Positions 10,892 to 20,009 of a DNA stretch of 64,000 nucleotides are shown one piece after another; positions within the stretch are counted from its first letter, which is position 1, and each line of letters opens with the position of its first letter. Where the stretch lies: positions 96,001-160,000 of the forward strand of contig CAVPOC010000002.1 of the NCBI GenBank assembly GCA_963706955.1, in the 5' to 3' direction. Made by a program: the position numbers and the translations under genes. The stretch comes from an uncultured Verrucomicrobiae bacterium. Lineage in GTDB: Bacteria > Verrucomicrobiota > Verrucomicrobiia > Chthoniobacterales > Terrimicrobiaceae. The notes below the pieces were generated by a model. It was not told where the DNA came from. It worked only from the letters and a program-made list of their open reading frames with translations, and searched no databases.

Positions 10892-11737
10892 ATGATGAAT
10901 AAGTTCCCCCGACGGTCCTTTGTCACGTCCGATAACGTCCAGTTAAGCTATGTACGTCAAGGAAACGGTCGTCCAATTGTTCTCGTTCACGGCTGGTCCC
11001 AGTGCGCCGAGGAATTCAAACATCAGATCGAGCCACTCAGCGCGCGATATGATGTTATCGCTCTCGATCAACGGTCTCACGGCGAATCACAGAAAGTGTC
11101 CTATGGCTTGAAGATTTCGCGGTTATCCAAAGACCTGTACGAGTTCCTAACTGAGCTGGACTTGAATGATGTGACGCTTCTGGGTCATTCGATGGGATCG
11201 GCAGTGATCTGGTGCTATATCGACCTGTTTGGCCCTGAACACCTGTCGAAGATTATTTTAGTCGATCAGTCGCCATTTCTCACCGCGGATCCGCATTGGA
11301 CGCAACAGGAAGTAGAAGATTCGGGGGCTGTTGATACCCCTCAAAAAGTGTTCGACACCATTGCAGCCTTACGGGGCAAGGAAGTAGAACAGCTAACCCG
11401 ACAGATCATCGATGGGATGTTAACGCGGCACGCAACCTCGGAGGTGAGAGAATGGATGGTCCGATGTAATCTGAAGATGCCCCGGCCCCTTGCAGGAACT
11501 CTATTGTACAATCTCTGCCATACGGACTGGCGAGATGTCATCCCGCGGATTAACCTCCCTGCCCTGATCATCAGCGGTCGAGCAAGCGGAATACCGTGGA
11601 AATCGCAAGAATGGATTCATCGCCAAATTAAGGGTTCGCAGTTCGAAGTATTCGAAGAATCAGAAGGCGGCCGGCATGTTATGTTCATCGAAAACCCTGA
11701 GAAGTTTAATCGGCTGGTCATGGAATATTTAGGATAG
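10892..11737 (+). CDS. Alpha/beta hydrolase
   Basis: LVHGWS, DQRSHGES, GHSMG nucleophile elbow and C-terminal catalytic His (GRHVMF). Confidence 0.9.
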   Translation: MMNKFPRRSFVTSDNVQLSYVRQGNGRPIVLVHGWSQCAEEFKHQIEPLSARYDVIALDQRSHGESQKVSYGLKISRLSKDLYEFLTELDLNDVTLLGHSMGSAVIWCYIDLFGPEHLSKIILVDQSPFLTADPHWTQQEVEDSGAVDTPQKVFDTIAALRGKEVEQLTRQIIDGMLTRHATSEVREWMVRCNLKMPRPLAGTLLYNLCHTDWRDVIPRINLPALIISGRASGIPWKSQEWIHRQIKGSQFEVFEESEGGRHVMFIENPEKFNRLVMEYLG

Positions 11738-11860
11738 CTATGCCCTCTAAGTCCCCATTGGCACGCTGGCGATAGCCTTCACAGCCTGTGAGGAGCTGAG
11801 TTGACTGAAAGGTGGCCATTAAGCTTGCGCCGCTGGCCGGGAGGTTTTAGGAGCTCAATG

Positions 11861-11926
11861 GCCTACTGCTTGGTCGAGCGGCCGTGTGCCCCGCCGTTGA
11901 ATGCCCGCTCGATGGAGAGGTTAGGC
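11861..11926 (-). other. Degenerate integron attC-like site
   Basis: Minus strand reads GCCTAAC (containing the stop of the ASCH fragment), then TCGAGCGG...CCGCTCGA inverted arms, then a degenerate R' (GTAGGC). Confidence 0.5.
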
Positions 11927-12094
11927 AGCCCTTTCGGGTGGGGCTCCACGGTAGATGACCTCGAAGCGCTCGCAGACGATTGGCATTCTCGGGCTTGGCA
12001 CTCTTCTAATGCGTTTGCATACTCTTCCGAAGTATGCCCAATGGACTTCGCGCCAATAGCGCAACGATCCATCGCCTTCGCCCTCGGTAGCGGC
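11921..12094 (-). pseudogene. ASCH domain protein, C-terminal fragment
   Basis: AATEGEGDGSLRYWREVHWAYF...MPIVCERFEVIY matches the ASCH (YhfF-like) EGEGD.SL..W...H..F...CE.F motif. Confidence 0.7.
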
Positions 12095-12497
12095 AGACGG
12101 GAAGCCGCTAAAAAAGCTTCCCAAGAGCGCATACCTGGAGCGACCACCCATTATGCCCATTGATTTGCAACCAAGTCTTGGGGCTCTGAGGTGGTGAGGC
12201 GGTGGTCCGTCCGTCGGCAAAAAAGACGTGCTCGTCACTTCGAAATTTCCGGGATAGCATGCAAAGTGGTTTACTTGGTACCAGCTCGAATGCTCACAGG
12301 GCAGACCGTTGAACACCAGCCGAAAGCACTCGATGAAACCAGAGAGTACACTTCGCCCGCATCAAGAGACAACTGGCTGCGAAGCCGGTAGCAGCCTGAT
12401 AAATAGCAAAGAATGCCTTTGCGGATTGTTGGATTGGCAAGTCGACAGCGACCAATCATTTGGAATTCCTGTCAACAAATAATTAAAGGACAAGATA

Positions 12498-12901
12498 TGT
12501 ACGAAACTGAAACACTTAACGAAGTTGTGGAGATGGCCGATGACTCGCGGGTCCGGCCGCTATTTCCGGTGAAGGGTGCTGACCCGAGGGCCGCCGTAAG
12601 TAACGGGTTCACTTACCGGCACCCTTGGAGAAGCAAGTTTAAAGGAATCTTCACCCTTAGGGTGAATAACTTCTTTGGGATTAAGCCGGACTGGAACGTC
12701 TTCGTGTCCGCGGGCGAAGCCGTCGTGCTTGGCGATGCGACCGCCGGCTCGTTCATTGGAGACGCGAGGTACACGGTGAACAACGTGTCGCCTGGCGATA
12801 ATTTCATCATCATCAGGGTGACGATCGACAACAAGAATGGAGGACCTTGGGAGGGGAATCCTCTCGCGATCCTCACCGACTACCTCGTGGTTCCGTTCTG
12901 A
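12498..12901 (+). CDS. Hypothetical protein (predicted beta-rich)
   Basis: AAGGA RBS before ATG 12498; 134 aa with protein-like composition; no family recognised. Confidence 0.6.
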
Positions 12902-13251
12902 GCCAGTGGTGCCACTATACTAAACTAACGAGTTCGACCTGAGAAGTTACGGCGGCTGGCTGGCCGCGGCAGCAGAGCAAATGCGGCAAAGGAAACCCCC
13001 AAGTCTCGGTGCGCGTCGATGATGGTGGAGACTCGTCGATGGCTCTTAACGGATCGGCGACTCCTGAAGGAGAAGATAAGGCCGTTTGTGGCAACCCACG
13101 CCACGAGCAAAAATGCCCCTGCGGTCACAGCAAGCATCAAGATCGAGCCGAAGTTGTGATCGTTCGGCGGTCGGCGCGGCAACTTGCGCTTCTGGTGATA
13201 CCGAATCTCGCAACTCGAAAAGGTTATCCAAAAACTCTGAGCCGCGATGAA

Positions 13252-13291
13252 TGTAATCCGCAGGTCCCCGGTTCGAATCCGGGTGCTGGCT
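13252..13291 (+). other. 3' half of tRNA-Thr(UGU), putative att site of an integrated element
   Basis: TGTAA-TCCGC-AGGTC-CCCGG-TTCGAAT-CCGGG-TGCTGGC-T gives anticodon, perfect T-arm and acceptor 3' strand. No D-arm or 5' acceptor strand upstream. Confidence 0.75.
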
Positions 13292-13585
13292 TACGGTAAG
13301 TAACTGGTTACGAAGATCATGAGATAGCGGGATCATCTCGTTTCGTGTGCGGTGCCAATACTGCCGAAATTGGGGCAAAAACAGTCCTCGATCTGCGGTT
13401 CAATCGCATAGCGGGATTTCCTAATTCACGTTCGTTATGAACGACACGCCGGCAAGGCTCATTTGACCCTGCTTTGCGACGACCGAGGGACGATTCCTTC
13501 ATTCCTGATAACGCCACCCGGTTCGGCTACAACGGCAGTATTGTTTGAAATCTGTTATTCTCGCGTTAAACTAGTACTGTTCCCA

Positions 13586-14041
13586 ATGGAAGTAAGTCCC
13601 CTGGTATTGGTCCCGTTGGCCGCTTACGCCTTTTTGGTGCTTTTTGCGGTAGGTGTCGCGCAAGGACATGGTAGGATGGAGGGCGAAGAGGAGTGTCTTC
13701 ATCGAACGGAGCGAAAGGCTGATGGCAGAACCCCAACCAGGGCCGCGCAAACGACAGGAACGAGCGAGACCGTCGCTAAGAGCTCTGAAAAGAATGCAGC
13801 TTCCATCCAAGGTCCTAGCCAGACAACCTACGTGCGCAGTGTGATGGAAAGGCAGCCGTACTACTGCTTTGAAAACCAGTCGTTGGATGAAGCTCGCAGA
13901 GTCATGAGCGAACTTCATCTTCAATACCTGGTGGTCTTGGACGAGAACATGCGTGTTGTAGGTACGGTGAAGATGGAAAATCTCAACCGACGTCAGAAGC
14001 AAGACCCACCTGAGCCAGACTCTCCGCAAGGCGGAGGATAG
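13586..14041 (+). CDS. CBS domain protein with N-terminal hydrophobic segment
   Basis: VRSVMERQPYYCFENQSLDEARRVMSELHLQYLVVLDENMRVVGTV is one CBS repeat; start codon uncertain. Confidence 0.7.
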   Translation: MEVSPLVLVPLAAYAFLVLFAVGVAQGHGRMEGEEECLHRTERKADGRTPTRAAQTTGTSETVAKSSEKNAASIQGPSQTTYVRSVMERQPYYCFENQSLDEARRVMSELHLQYLVVLDENMRVVGTVKMENLNRRQKQDPPEPDSPQGGG

Positions 14042-14274
14042 CTTGAGAACATTCGGGCTTTGCCTGATTCAGTCACACGCTTGAGGCGTTCGGTCGAGGC
14101 GGCAATTTGCAGCATTGTCAGGCGCACCCAAGCGCGCTCTCAATTTGACGGGAACTTGAATTGGCCTGTAGTCGGGTGACAATTCTAAGTAACATCGCTG
14201 GCGAAAAAATCGTTTAAGCATCGATTCGAGTAGTGCGCGCGTAGCTTCAATAGATACATCTCAAGAGAGCATCC

Positions 14275-15627
14275 ATGAGCGAAAAAAGTGAAAGCGAATC
14301 CGGGACCCAGCCGGTCCGCGTAATCGAAGCCATTCCCACTGCGGGTGAGCACGAAGTGGGGCAACGTGAGATCGAGTCGGAGAGCATTCCGATACCCGCG
14401 CATTTGCGTGTTTATCGCGAGCTTGGCCATGGCGGCATGGGTCGTGTGCACCCGGCAACCGATCGTAATTTACTGCGCCAGGTTGCCCTCAAGTGGCTCG
14501 ACAAGGAACTTGCCCGCGAGCCGATGTATCGCGATGGCTTCATCGCCGAAGCTCAGATTACCGGCCAACTCGAACACCCGAACATTCTTCCGGTGCACGA
14601 GTTGGCCATCTCGAACAAGGGTGTTCCCTATTTCACGATGAAGCTGGTGGAGGGCATCGGATTCGACAAATGGCTGCAGGAACCCTCCCGTCGACCCGGC
14701 GCGCGAGAACGCCTGCAGGACGGTCTCGACATTATTCTCAAGGTTTGTGACGCGGTGGCTTACGCCCACTATCGCGGAGTCGTCCATCGTGACTTGAAGC
14801 CGGAAAATATCATGCTGGCCTCCTTCGGTCAGGTGTACGTTATTGACTGGGGTCTCGCGCGCTTAACGAAAACACGGCCCGCCTCTGGCGATATTTCGCA
14901 AATGGAAGCGGAAGGAGAGGTCGGCGCGCCGGCGTATATGTCCCCGGAGCAGGCACGCGGCAACCCAGCCGATATGGACGAAAGAAGCGACATTTTCGGC
15001 TTGGGCGCAATTCTCTATGAAATCGTTTGTGGTCAGCTGCCCTACGGAAACATCTACAATACTGATCTGGTTGTAGAAAAAGCTCGCCGCGGCGAGGTGG
15101 TCCTCATCGATCGGTTTGCGCAACGCTATCACATTCCCAAGCGTCTCTGTGAGATCGTGAACAAAGCGATTGCGCCGCAGCCCTCCGATCGCTACCAAAC
15201 CGTGCTCGAACTGCAGCAAGACGTGCGTGAGTTTCTGCGCGGCGGCTTGTATTTGCCTCACCAGACTTTCGCTCCGGGAAGCCTGATTATTCAGGAGGGC
15301 GATCGGGGCGATAGCGCCTACATGATCGTGAGTGGCCAGTGCCGGGCTTTCCGAACGATCGATGCTGCTGAAGGAACGCCGGCGCAAGAGACCCTTGCCG
15401 TGATGGCAGCGGGTGATGTCTTTGGCGAGATGGCCTTGATCCTTGACGAGCCGCGCTCTGCGAGTGTGGAAGCCGTGGATGAGGTGACCGTTCTCGTCCT
15501 CGACAAGAAAACCATGGCGGAGGGACTTGGCGAGGGTGGATGGGCCGGCGCGCTGGTGCACGCTCTCGCTCAGCGTTTTCGCAACCTCGAACAACAAGTG
15601 CGCGCTTCGGGAATTCGGCGCGGGTAG
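14275..15627 (+). CDS. Hanks-type Ser/Thr kinase fused to C-terminal cyclic nucleotide-binding domain
   Basis: LGHGGMGRV, VALK, HRDLKPENI, DWG, YMSPEQ; C-terminal IIQEGDRGD...GDVFGEMAL...PRSASV. Confidence 0.92.
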   Translation: MSEKSESESGTQPVRVIEAIPTAGEHEVGQREIESESIPIPAHLRVYRELGHGGMGRVHPATDRNLLRQVALKWLDKELAREPMYRDGFIAEAQITGQLEHPNILPVHELAISNKGVPYFTMKLVEGIGFDKWLQEPSRRPGARERLQDGLDIILKVCDAVAYAHYRGVVHRDLKPENIMLASFGQVYVIDWGLARLTKTRPASGDISQMEAEGEVGAPAYMSPEQARGNPADMDERSDIFGLGAILYEIVCGQLPYGNIYNTDLVVEKARRGEVVLIDRFAQRYHIPKRLCEIVNKAIAPQPSDRYQTVLELQQDVREFLRGGLYLPHQTFAPGSLIIQEGDRGDSAYMIVSGQCRAFRTIDAAEGTPAQETLAVMAAGDVFGEMALILDEPRSASVEAVDEVTVLVLDKKTMAEGLGEGGWAGALVHALAQRFRNLEQQVRASGIRRG

Positions 15628-15757
15628 GCTCGCCATGCCCCCTCGAGGGCCGCCACCTGAATATCCCGTCGATTCCTGCCGTAATGTGGCGGCGTTGCGA
15701 AAGCTTTTGGTGCAAATCTGCATTCAGGCTAAGTTTTCGTTGAGGCGAGTCGCCATT

Positions 15758-18016
15758 GTGGAAGATGCTAAAAAAGGCTGCGTAATTCGCGAGGTATCCA
15801 AGATCCTTGAAGAGGAACCCTGCCTGGAGGCAGTTGCCCTCAGTCCGGACCAACAGAAGCTCTCGATTGCGACGCTTGGTCCTGATCATGATCATCGCCT
15901 GGCGGACCGTGTCTCGCGGGCAGTATCGGCGGCTCTGCCCGATTGCGCTCATTTAACCAAAGATGGCGTCTGCAGCGTCTGCGGCGAACGACCGGGAACG
16001 CAGGTCGGCAGTTCGCGCGTCGTCGTCAAAGACGTGCTCGGCAGCACGCTCGTTGAAAAGCAAACATGCTCTACCGCGATTTCGTTTTGGAAGTGGGTCG
16101 CTCTGAAATGGCCCCAGTATGCTCCCAGAGAGCACAAGCCGTTCGCGCACGGCGACGATGAGTGGAAACCTCTCGCTTTGCTCGCCGCGGGCTGCCTGAT
16201 TCTCGGCATACTCGGCGCGCTAGTCGATAGGGTGAATCAGGACGTCGCCTGGCTGCTTTATGTTGGCGCCTACCTTTGTGGCGGATGGGACGCTGCTATC
16301 GACGCTTGGGAACGCCTTCGTAAGGCGCGTCTGGACGTGCATTTTCTGATGCTCGCCGTGGCCGGCGGTGCCGCCTTGATTGGCGCCTGGCGTGAGGGGG
16401 CCCTGCTGCTCTTCCTGTTCTCGGCCTCTGGAGCGATGGAGCACTACGCCATGGGGCGGACACGACGAGAAATCAGTGCCCTCTTTCGCGGTGCTCCGAA
16501 AACTGCTCGCGTCCTGCGGGGTGGTTCCGAGGAACAAGTCACAGTGGCATCGCTCGAACCCGGGATGAGGGTGATCGTTACCTCAGGCGAGCAGATCCCG
16601 GCGGATCTTGAAGTCCTTAAGGGGGAGACCGCTTGCGACGAGTCGAGCATCACTGGCGAATCAGTCCCAATTCGCAAAGAGCCAGGTGACGTTGTGCTTT
16701 CCGGCACAATGAATTTGTGGGGCGCCATCGAGGGGCGCGTGCTGCGCAAGGCCAGTGAGAGTGCTCTGCAAAGAATAATCAACCTCATCCAGGAAGCTCA
16801 GGAGATGAAGGCGCCCTCTCAAAGGTTCACTGACAAGTTTGGCACCGGATACACCTGGGCAATCCTAACACTCTGCACGCTGATGTTTTTCATTTGGTGG
16901 ATCGCCTTTGATCTGCCGCCCTTCCTGGAAGAAAACGGCCGGGTAAGTGCGTTCTATCGCGCCATGACGCTCCTGGTCGTCGCCTCGCCCTGTGCCTTGG
17001 TTCTTTCGGTGCCTTCTTCGATTTTATCGGCGATTGCCTCTGGTGCGCGGCGCGGCATTTTATTCCGCGGGGGAGCTGCGGTGGAGACCCTCGCCGATGT
17101 CAACGTCGTTGCTTTGGACAAGACGGGAACTTTGACGACCGGCGAACTTAGCCTCAAATCTTTCGAGTGCCTCCGTGGAGAGGAAGCACATCTGAAGCAA
17201 ATCGCTTGGACCCTCGCCCGACTCTCGCAGCATCCGCTTTCCCGCGCCATCCGCAAGATGGCGCACCAGTGGGGCGTCGAGACGACCAGCGAGGTAACTG
17301 ACTTCCAAACGATCCCCGGACAGGGCCTGCGCGCCTGCATCGCCGACCAGACTTACGCTCTTGGAAGTCGCCAGTTGCTTGGACAGAAAAATCTGCCCGC
17401 CGATGAATCGGGCTCAGCAAGCGCCGAGGTCTGGGTTGCAGGTCCTGATCTTCTCGGGCGAATCATTTTCCATGACGCGATCCGACCGGAGGCTGCCCGG
17501 ACCTTGCAAGAGCTTGAAAGCATCGGCGTGCGAACGGTCATGCTCACGGGGGACCGGCGCGACGTGGCTGAGCAGATCGCTCGTGGCATTGGCATCGGCG
17601 AGATTCGCGCTGGACTGCTGCCCGAGCAGAAGGTCGAAGCCATTCAGGAACTCAAGGAAAACGGAGCACGCAAAGTCGCGATGATAGGCGATGGAGTCAA
17701 CGACGCTCCTTGCATTGCGGCCGCGGATGTCGGCGTAGCCATGGGCGCGCGAGGTTCCGACGCCGCGCTTGAACAGGCGGAGGTCGTTCTAATGAACGAC
17801 CGGCTCGAGAATTTCCTTTTGGCGCGAACGCTCAGCGTTCGCTCACGCCGCATCATCTATCAAAATATCGCTATCGCGCTTGGCGCCATCGTTTTCATGA
17901 TGTGCGCGGCTTCCCTTTTGCCAATTCCCCTCGCACTCGGCGTGGCGGTGCACGAAGGCAGTACGGTCATTGTCGTGCTCAACAGCCTGCGCTTACTGCT
18001 CGCCCAACCCGCTTGA
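15758..18016 (+). CDS. Heavy-metal P-type ATPase, P1B-4 subtype
   Basis: TGES, SPC in the transmembrane helix, DKTGTLT, HPL, GDGVND and HEGST. Probable GTG start at 15758. Confidence 0.92.
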   Translation: MEDAKKGCVIREVSKILEEEPCLEAVALSPDQQKLSIATLGPDHDHRLADRVSRAVSAALPDCAHLTKDGVCSVCGERPGTQVGSSRVVVKDVLGSTLVEKQTCSTAISFWKWVALKWPQYAPREHKPFAHGDDEWKPLALLAAGCLILGILGALVDRVNQDVAWLLYVGAYLCGGWDAAIDAWERLRKARLDVHFLMLAVAGGAALIGAWREGALLLFLFSASGAMEHYAMGRTRREISALFRGAPKTARVLRGGSEEQVTVASLEPGMRVIVTSGEQIPADLEVLKGETACDESSITGESVPIRKEPGDVVLSGTMNLWGAIEGRVLRKASESALQRIINLIQEAQEMKAPSQRFTDKFGTGYTWAILTLCTLMFFIWWIAFDLPPFLEENGRVSAFYRAMTLLVVASPCALVLSVPSSILSAIASGARRGILFRGGAAVETLADVNVVALDKTGTLTTGELSLKSFECLRGEEAHLKQIAWTLARLSQHPLSRAIRKMAHQWGVETTSEVTDFQTIPGQGLRACIADQTYALGSRQLLGQKNLPADESGSASAEVWVAGPDLLGRIIFHDAIRPEAARTLQELESIGVRTVMLTGDRRDVAEQIARGIGIGEIRAGLLPEQKVEAIQELKENGARKVAMIGDGVNDAPCIAAADVGVAMGARGSDAALEQAEVVLMNDRLENFLLARTLSVRSRRIIYQNIAIALGAIVFMMCAASLLPIPLALGVAVHEGSTVIVVLNSLRLLLAQPA

Positions 18017-18292
18017 GCGCAGCAGCGTGCCGACGATTTCTTCCCACTCTGCTTCGAGAGGGCCGAGAGCTGCGGAGCGTCCCGCCCGCCCGTACCAATA
18101 ACCGGCATTTCCATCGTCCCCTTCGCGTCGATGCAAATAGGCATGCACCCAGGCGGCCTCACGCGAATCGTCATCTTGAGCAATCCGGTGCGCTGACTCC
18201 CAGTCACCGTTTGCATCGTGCCACATGGCGCGCAGCGGAGGTGTTAAGCCGACGGGTTCGGTGGCGCTTTGGCGGAATTCGTCAACTGTCAT
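17993..18292 (-). CDS. Conserved hypothetical protein
   Basis: GDWESAHRIAQ...WVHAYLHRREGD.GNAGYWY.RAG motif pattern; ATG at 18292. Confidence 0.75.
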   Translation of the reverse strand: MTVDEFRQSATEPVGLTPPLRAMWHDANGDWESAHRIAQDDDSREAAWVHAYLHRREGDDGNAGYWYGRAGRSAALGPLEAEWEEIVGTLLRSSGLGEQ

Positions 18293-18320
18293 AGAGCAAC
18301 ATTGCACTTCTGAGCAGAAA

Positions 18321-19310
18321 TCAGGATGGTTTTTTCCCAAAGACAGTGCGGATGACGTCCTCGATCGGTAACTCCGCCACGGTGAGATCCGCCACCGGAG
18401 CCCGGTCGAGGACAAAACGGCAAACCTCAGCGACACGCGCCCGCGGCACCTCGATCTTCACCGAATCCGGTGTTTTTTCTAGGACCGAGCCCACACAGCT
18501 AAAGTCCGCATCCGTCGGTCGGGAAAACTTGGCGTCGATGATCTTGCTGCCGGAGAACTGTTCGACGATGCCTTCGAGGGCTCCGTCGAACATGACGCAC
18601 CCGTGATCAATAAGGATGACGCGCTCGCAGAGCTCTTCGATGTCTTGCATGTAGTGACTGGTCAGCAAGATCGTGGTCCGGCTAGTCGCATTGTGTTGCT
18701 TGAGAAACTCGCGCACGGTCTTTTGGCTGACGACATCAAGGCCGATCGTCGGTTCATCGAGAAAAAGCACTCGTGGACTGTGCAGCAACGCTGCGATGAG
18801 TTCCATCTTCATCCGCTGGCCCAAACTAAGCTCCCGCACCATCACGTCGAGCTGCTCGCGCACATCGAGCATCTCGGTCAGCTCGCCCATGATCTTCTCG
18901 AAATTCTTCCTGGGAATCCCATAGATGACCCGGTTCAGTTCGAGCGATTCGCGGGCCGGCAGGTCCCACCAAAGCGCGTTTTTTTGGCCCATCAAAAGGC
19001 TGATCTGGCGCTTCATGGCATCCTTGCGTTCCCACGGGACATAACCGAGAACGCTGGCCGTTCCCGAGGTTGGGTAAAGCAAGCCGGAAAGCATTTTCAA
19101 GGTCGTGGTTTTTCCAGCGCCGTTGGGGCCGAGAAATCCGACAAAATCGCCGGTGGCAATCTGAAAGGAGACAGCGTCCACGGCTCGCGTCTCAACATGC
19201 CTGCGACGGAAAAGTCCTTTAAGGGCGCCGAGAACCCCGCGTTCCTTCCGATACGTGCGAAACGTTTTGGTGAGTCCACGAAGGTCAATGGCGATGTGGT
19301 TATTGTCCAT
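18321..19310 (-). CDS. ABC transporter ATP-binding protein
   Basis: GPNGAGKTT, LSLGQRMK signature and [11 protein letters not shown]. Confidence 0.93.
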   Translation of the reverse strand: MDNNHIAIDLRGLTKTFRTYRKERGVLGALKGLFRRRHVETRAVDAVSFQIATGDFVGFLGPNGAGKTTTLKMLSGLLYPTSGTASVLGYVPWERKDAMKRQISLLMGQKNALWWDLPARESLELNRVIYGIPRKNFEKIMGELTEMLDVREQLDVMVRELSLGQRMKMELIAALLHSPRVLFLDEPTIGLDVVSQKTVREFLKQHNATSRTTILLTSHYMQDIEELCERVILIDHGCVMFDGALEGIVEQFSGSKIIDAKFSRPTDADFSCVGSVLEKTPDSVKIEVPRARVAEVCRFVLDRAPVADLTVAELPIEDVIRTVFGKKPS

Positions 19311-19311
19311 G

Positions 19312-19764
19312 CTAGAGGATCCGGAGCTGCCTGACGGCTTCGTAAAGGACGATGCCGGCCGCGGTCGCCAGGTTGAGGCTGCGTGCTTCCTCTCGCATGG
19401 GAATCGTCAAGCAATGGCTGGCGTTCATTGCGAGCAGGCTTTCAGGAAGACCCTTTGTCTCGCGTCCAAATACCAGGTGGTCGTCCTCCTCAAAACGCTG
19501 ATGCCAGTAGGGTCGGCCTCGCTTTTTCGTAAGAAAGAAGAACCGTGCTTCGCCAGACTTCTGTCGAACGTCCTGAAAAGTTGGCCAAACTCGCACATCG
19601 CATTTGCTCCAGTAGTCCATTCCAGCGCGTCGCAGAAATTTGTCGTCCAAAGAAAACCCGAGCGGCTCGACCAGGTGCAGACAGGCACCGGCGGCCACGC
19701 AGAGTCGCGCGATATTTCCCGTGTTCGGCGGGATCTCCGGTTCGATCAGGACGACATGAAGCAT
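19312..19764 (-). CDS. trmL: tRNA (cytidine/uridine-34 2'-O)-methyltransferase
   Basis: EPEIPPNTGNIARLC, LRRAGMDYW, FGRETKGLP and RSLNLA SPOUT motifs. Confidence 0.93.
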   Translation of the reverse strand: MLHVVLIEPEIPPNTGNIARLCVAAGACLHLVEPLGFSLDDKFLRRAGMDYWSKCDVRVWPTFQDVRQKSGEARFFFLTKKRGRPYWHQRFEEDDHLVFGRETKGLPESLLAMNASHCLTIPMREEARSLNLATAAGIVLYEAVRQLRIL

Positions 19765-20009
19765 CGAAAGACATTATCCCAAGGCCGCGTAATGAAAACG
19801 ATGGATCGGAGGCGAAGGTCGTCGAGATCCGTTTCCTTCAGATCGCAATGATCTTGTTTGGCAGACCCCCAAGAGGCGCGGAGCGTCAGCGAGCGAGCCG
19901 GTTAGCCCGCAAGAATCTGCTCGTCTTCGCCTAACTTGAATGATACGCGGAGAACCGGCGTTCGCCGGAACATAGGGTAAGCGAACGTTCACCAAACTTC
20001 TTTTATCCT

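Noticed and set aside
13215..13291. Complete tRNA gene
   Set aside because: No GCCAGCA 5' acceptor strand, D-arm or 5' anticodon stem upstream of 13252.
19850..19995. Possible structured ncRNA between trmL and the SPFH gene
   Set aside because: Only short hairpins and no recognisable riboswitch or ncRNA consensus.
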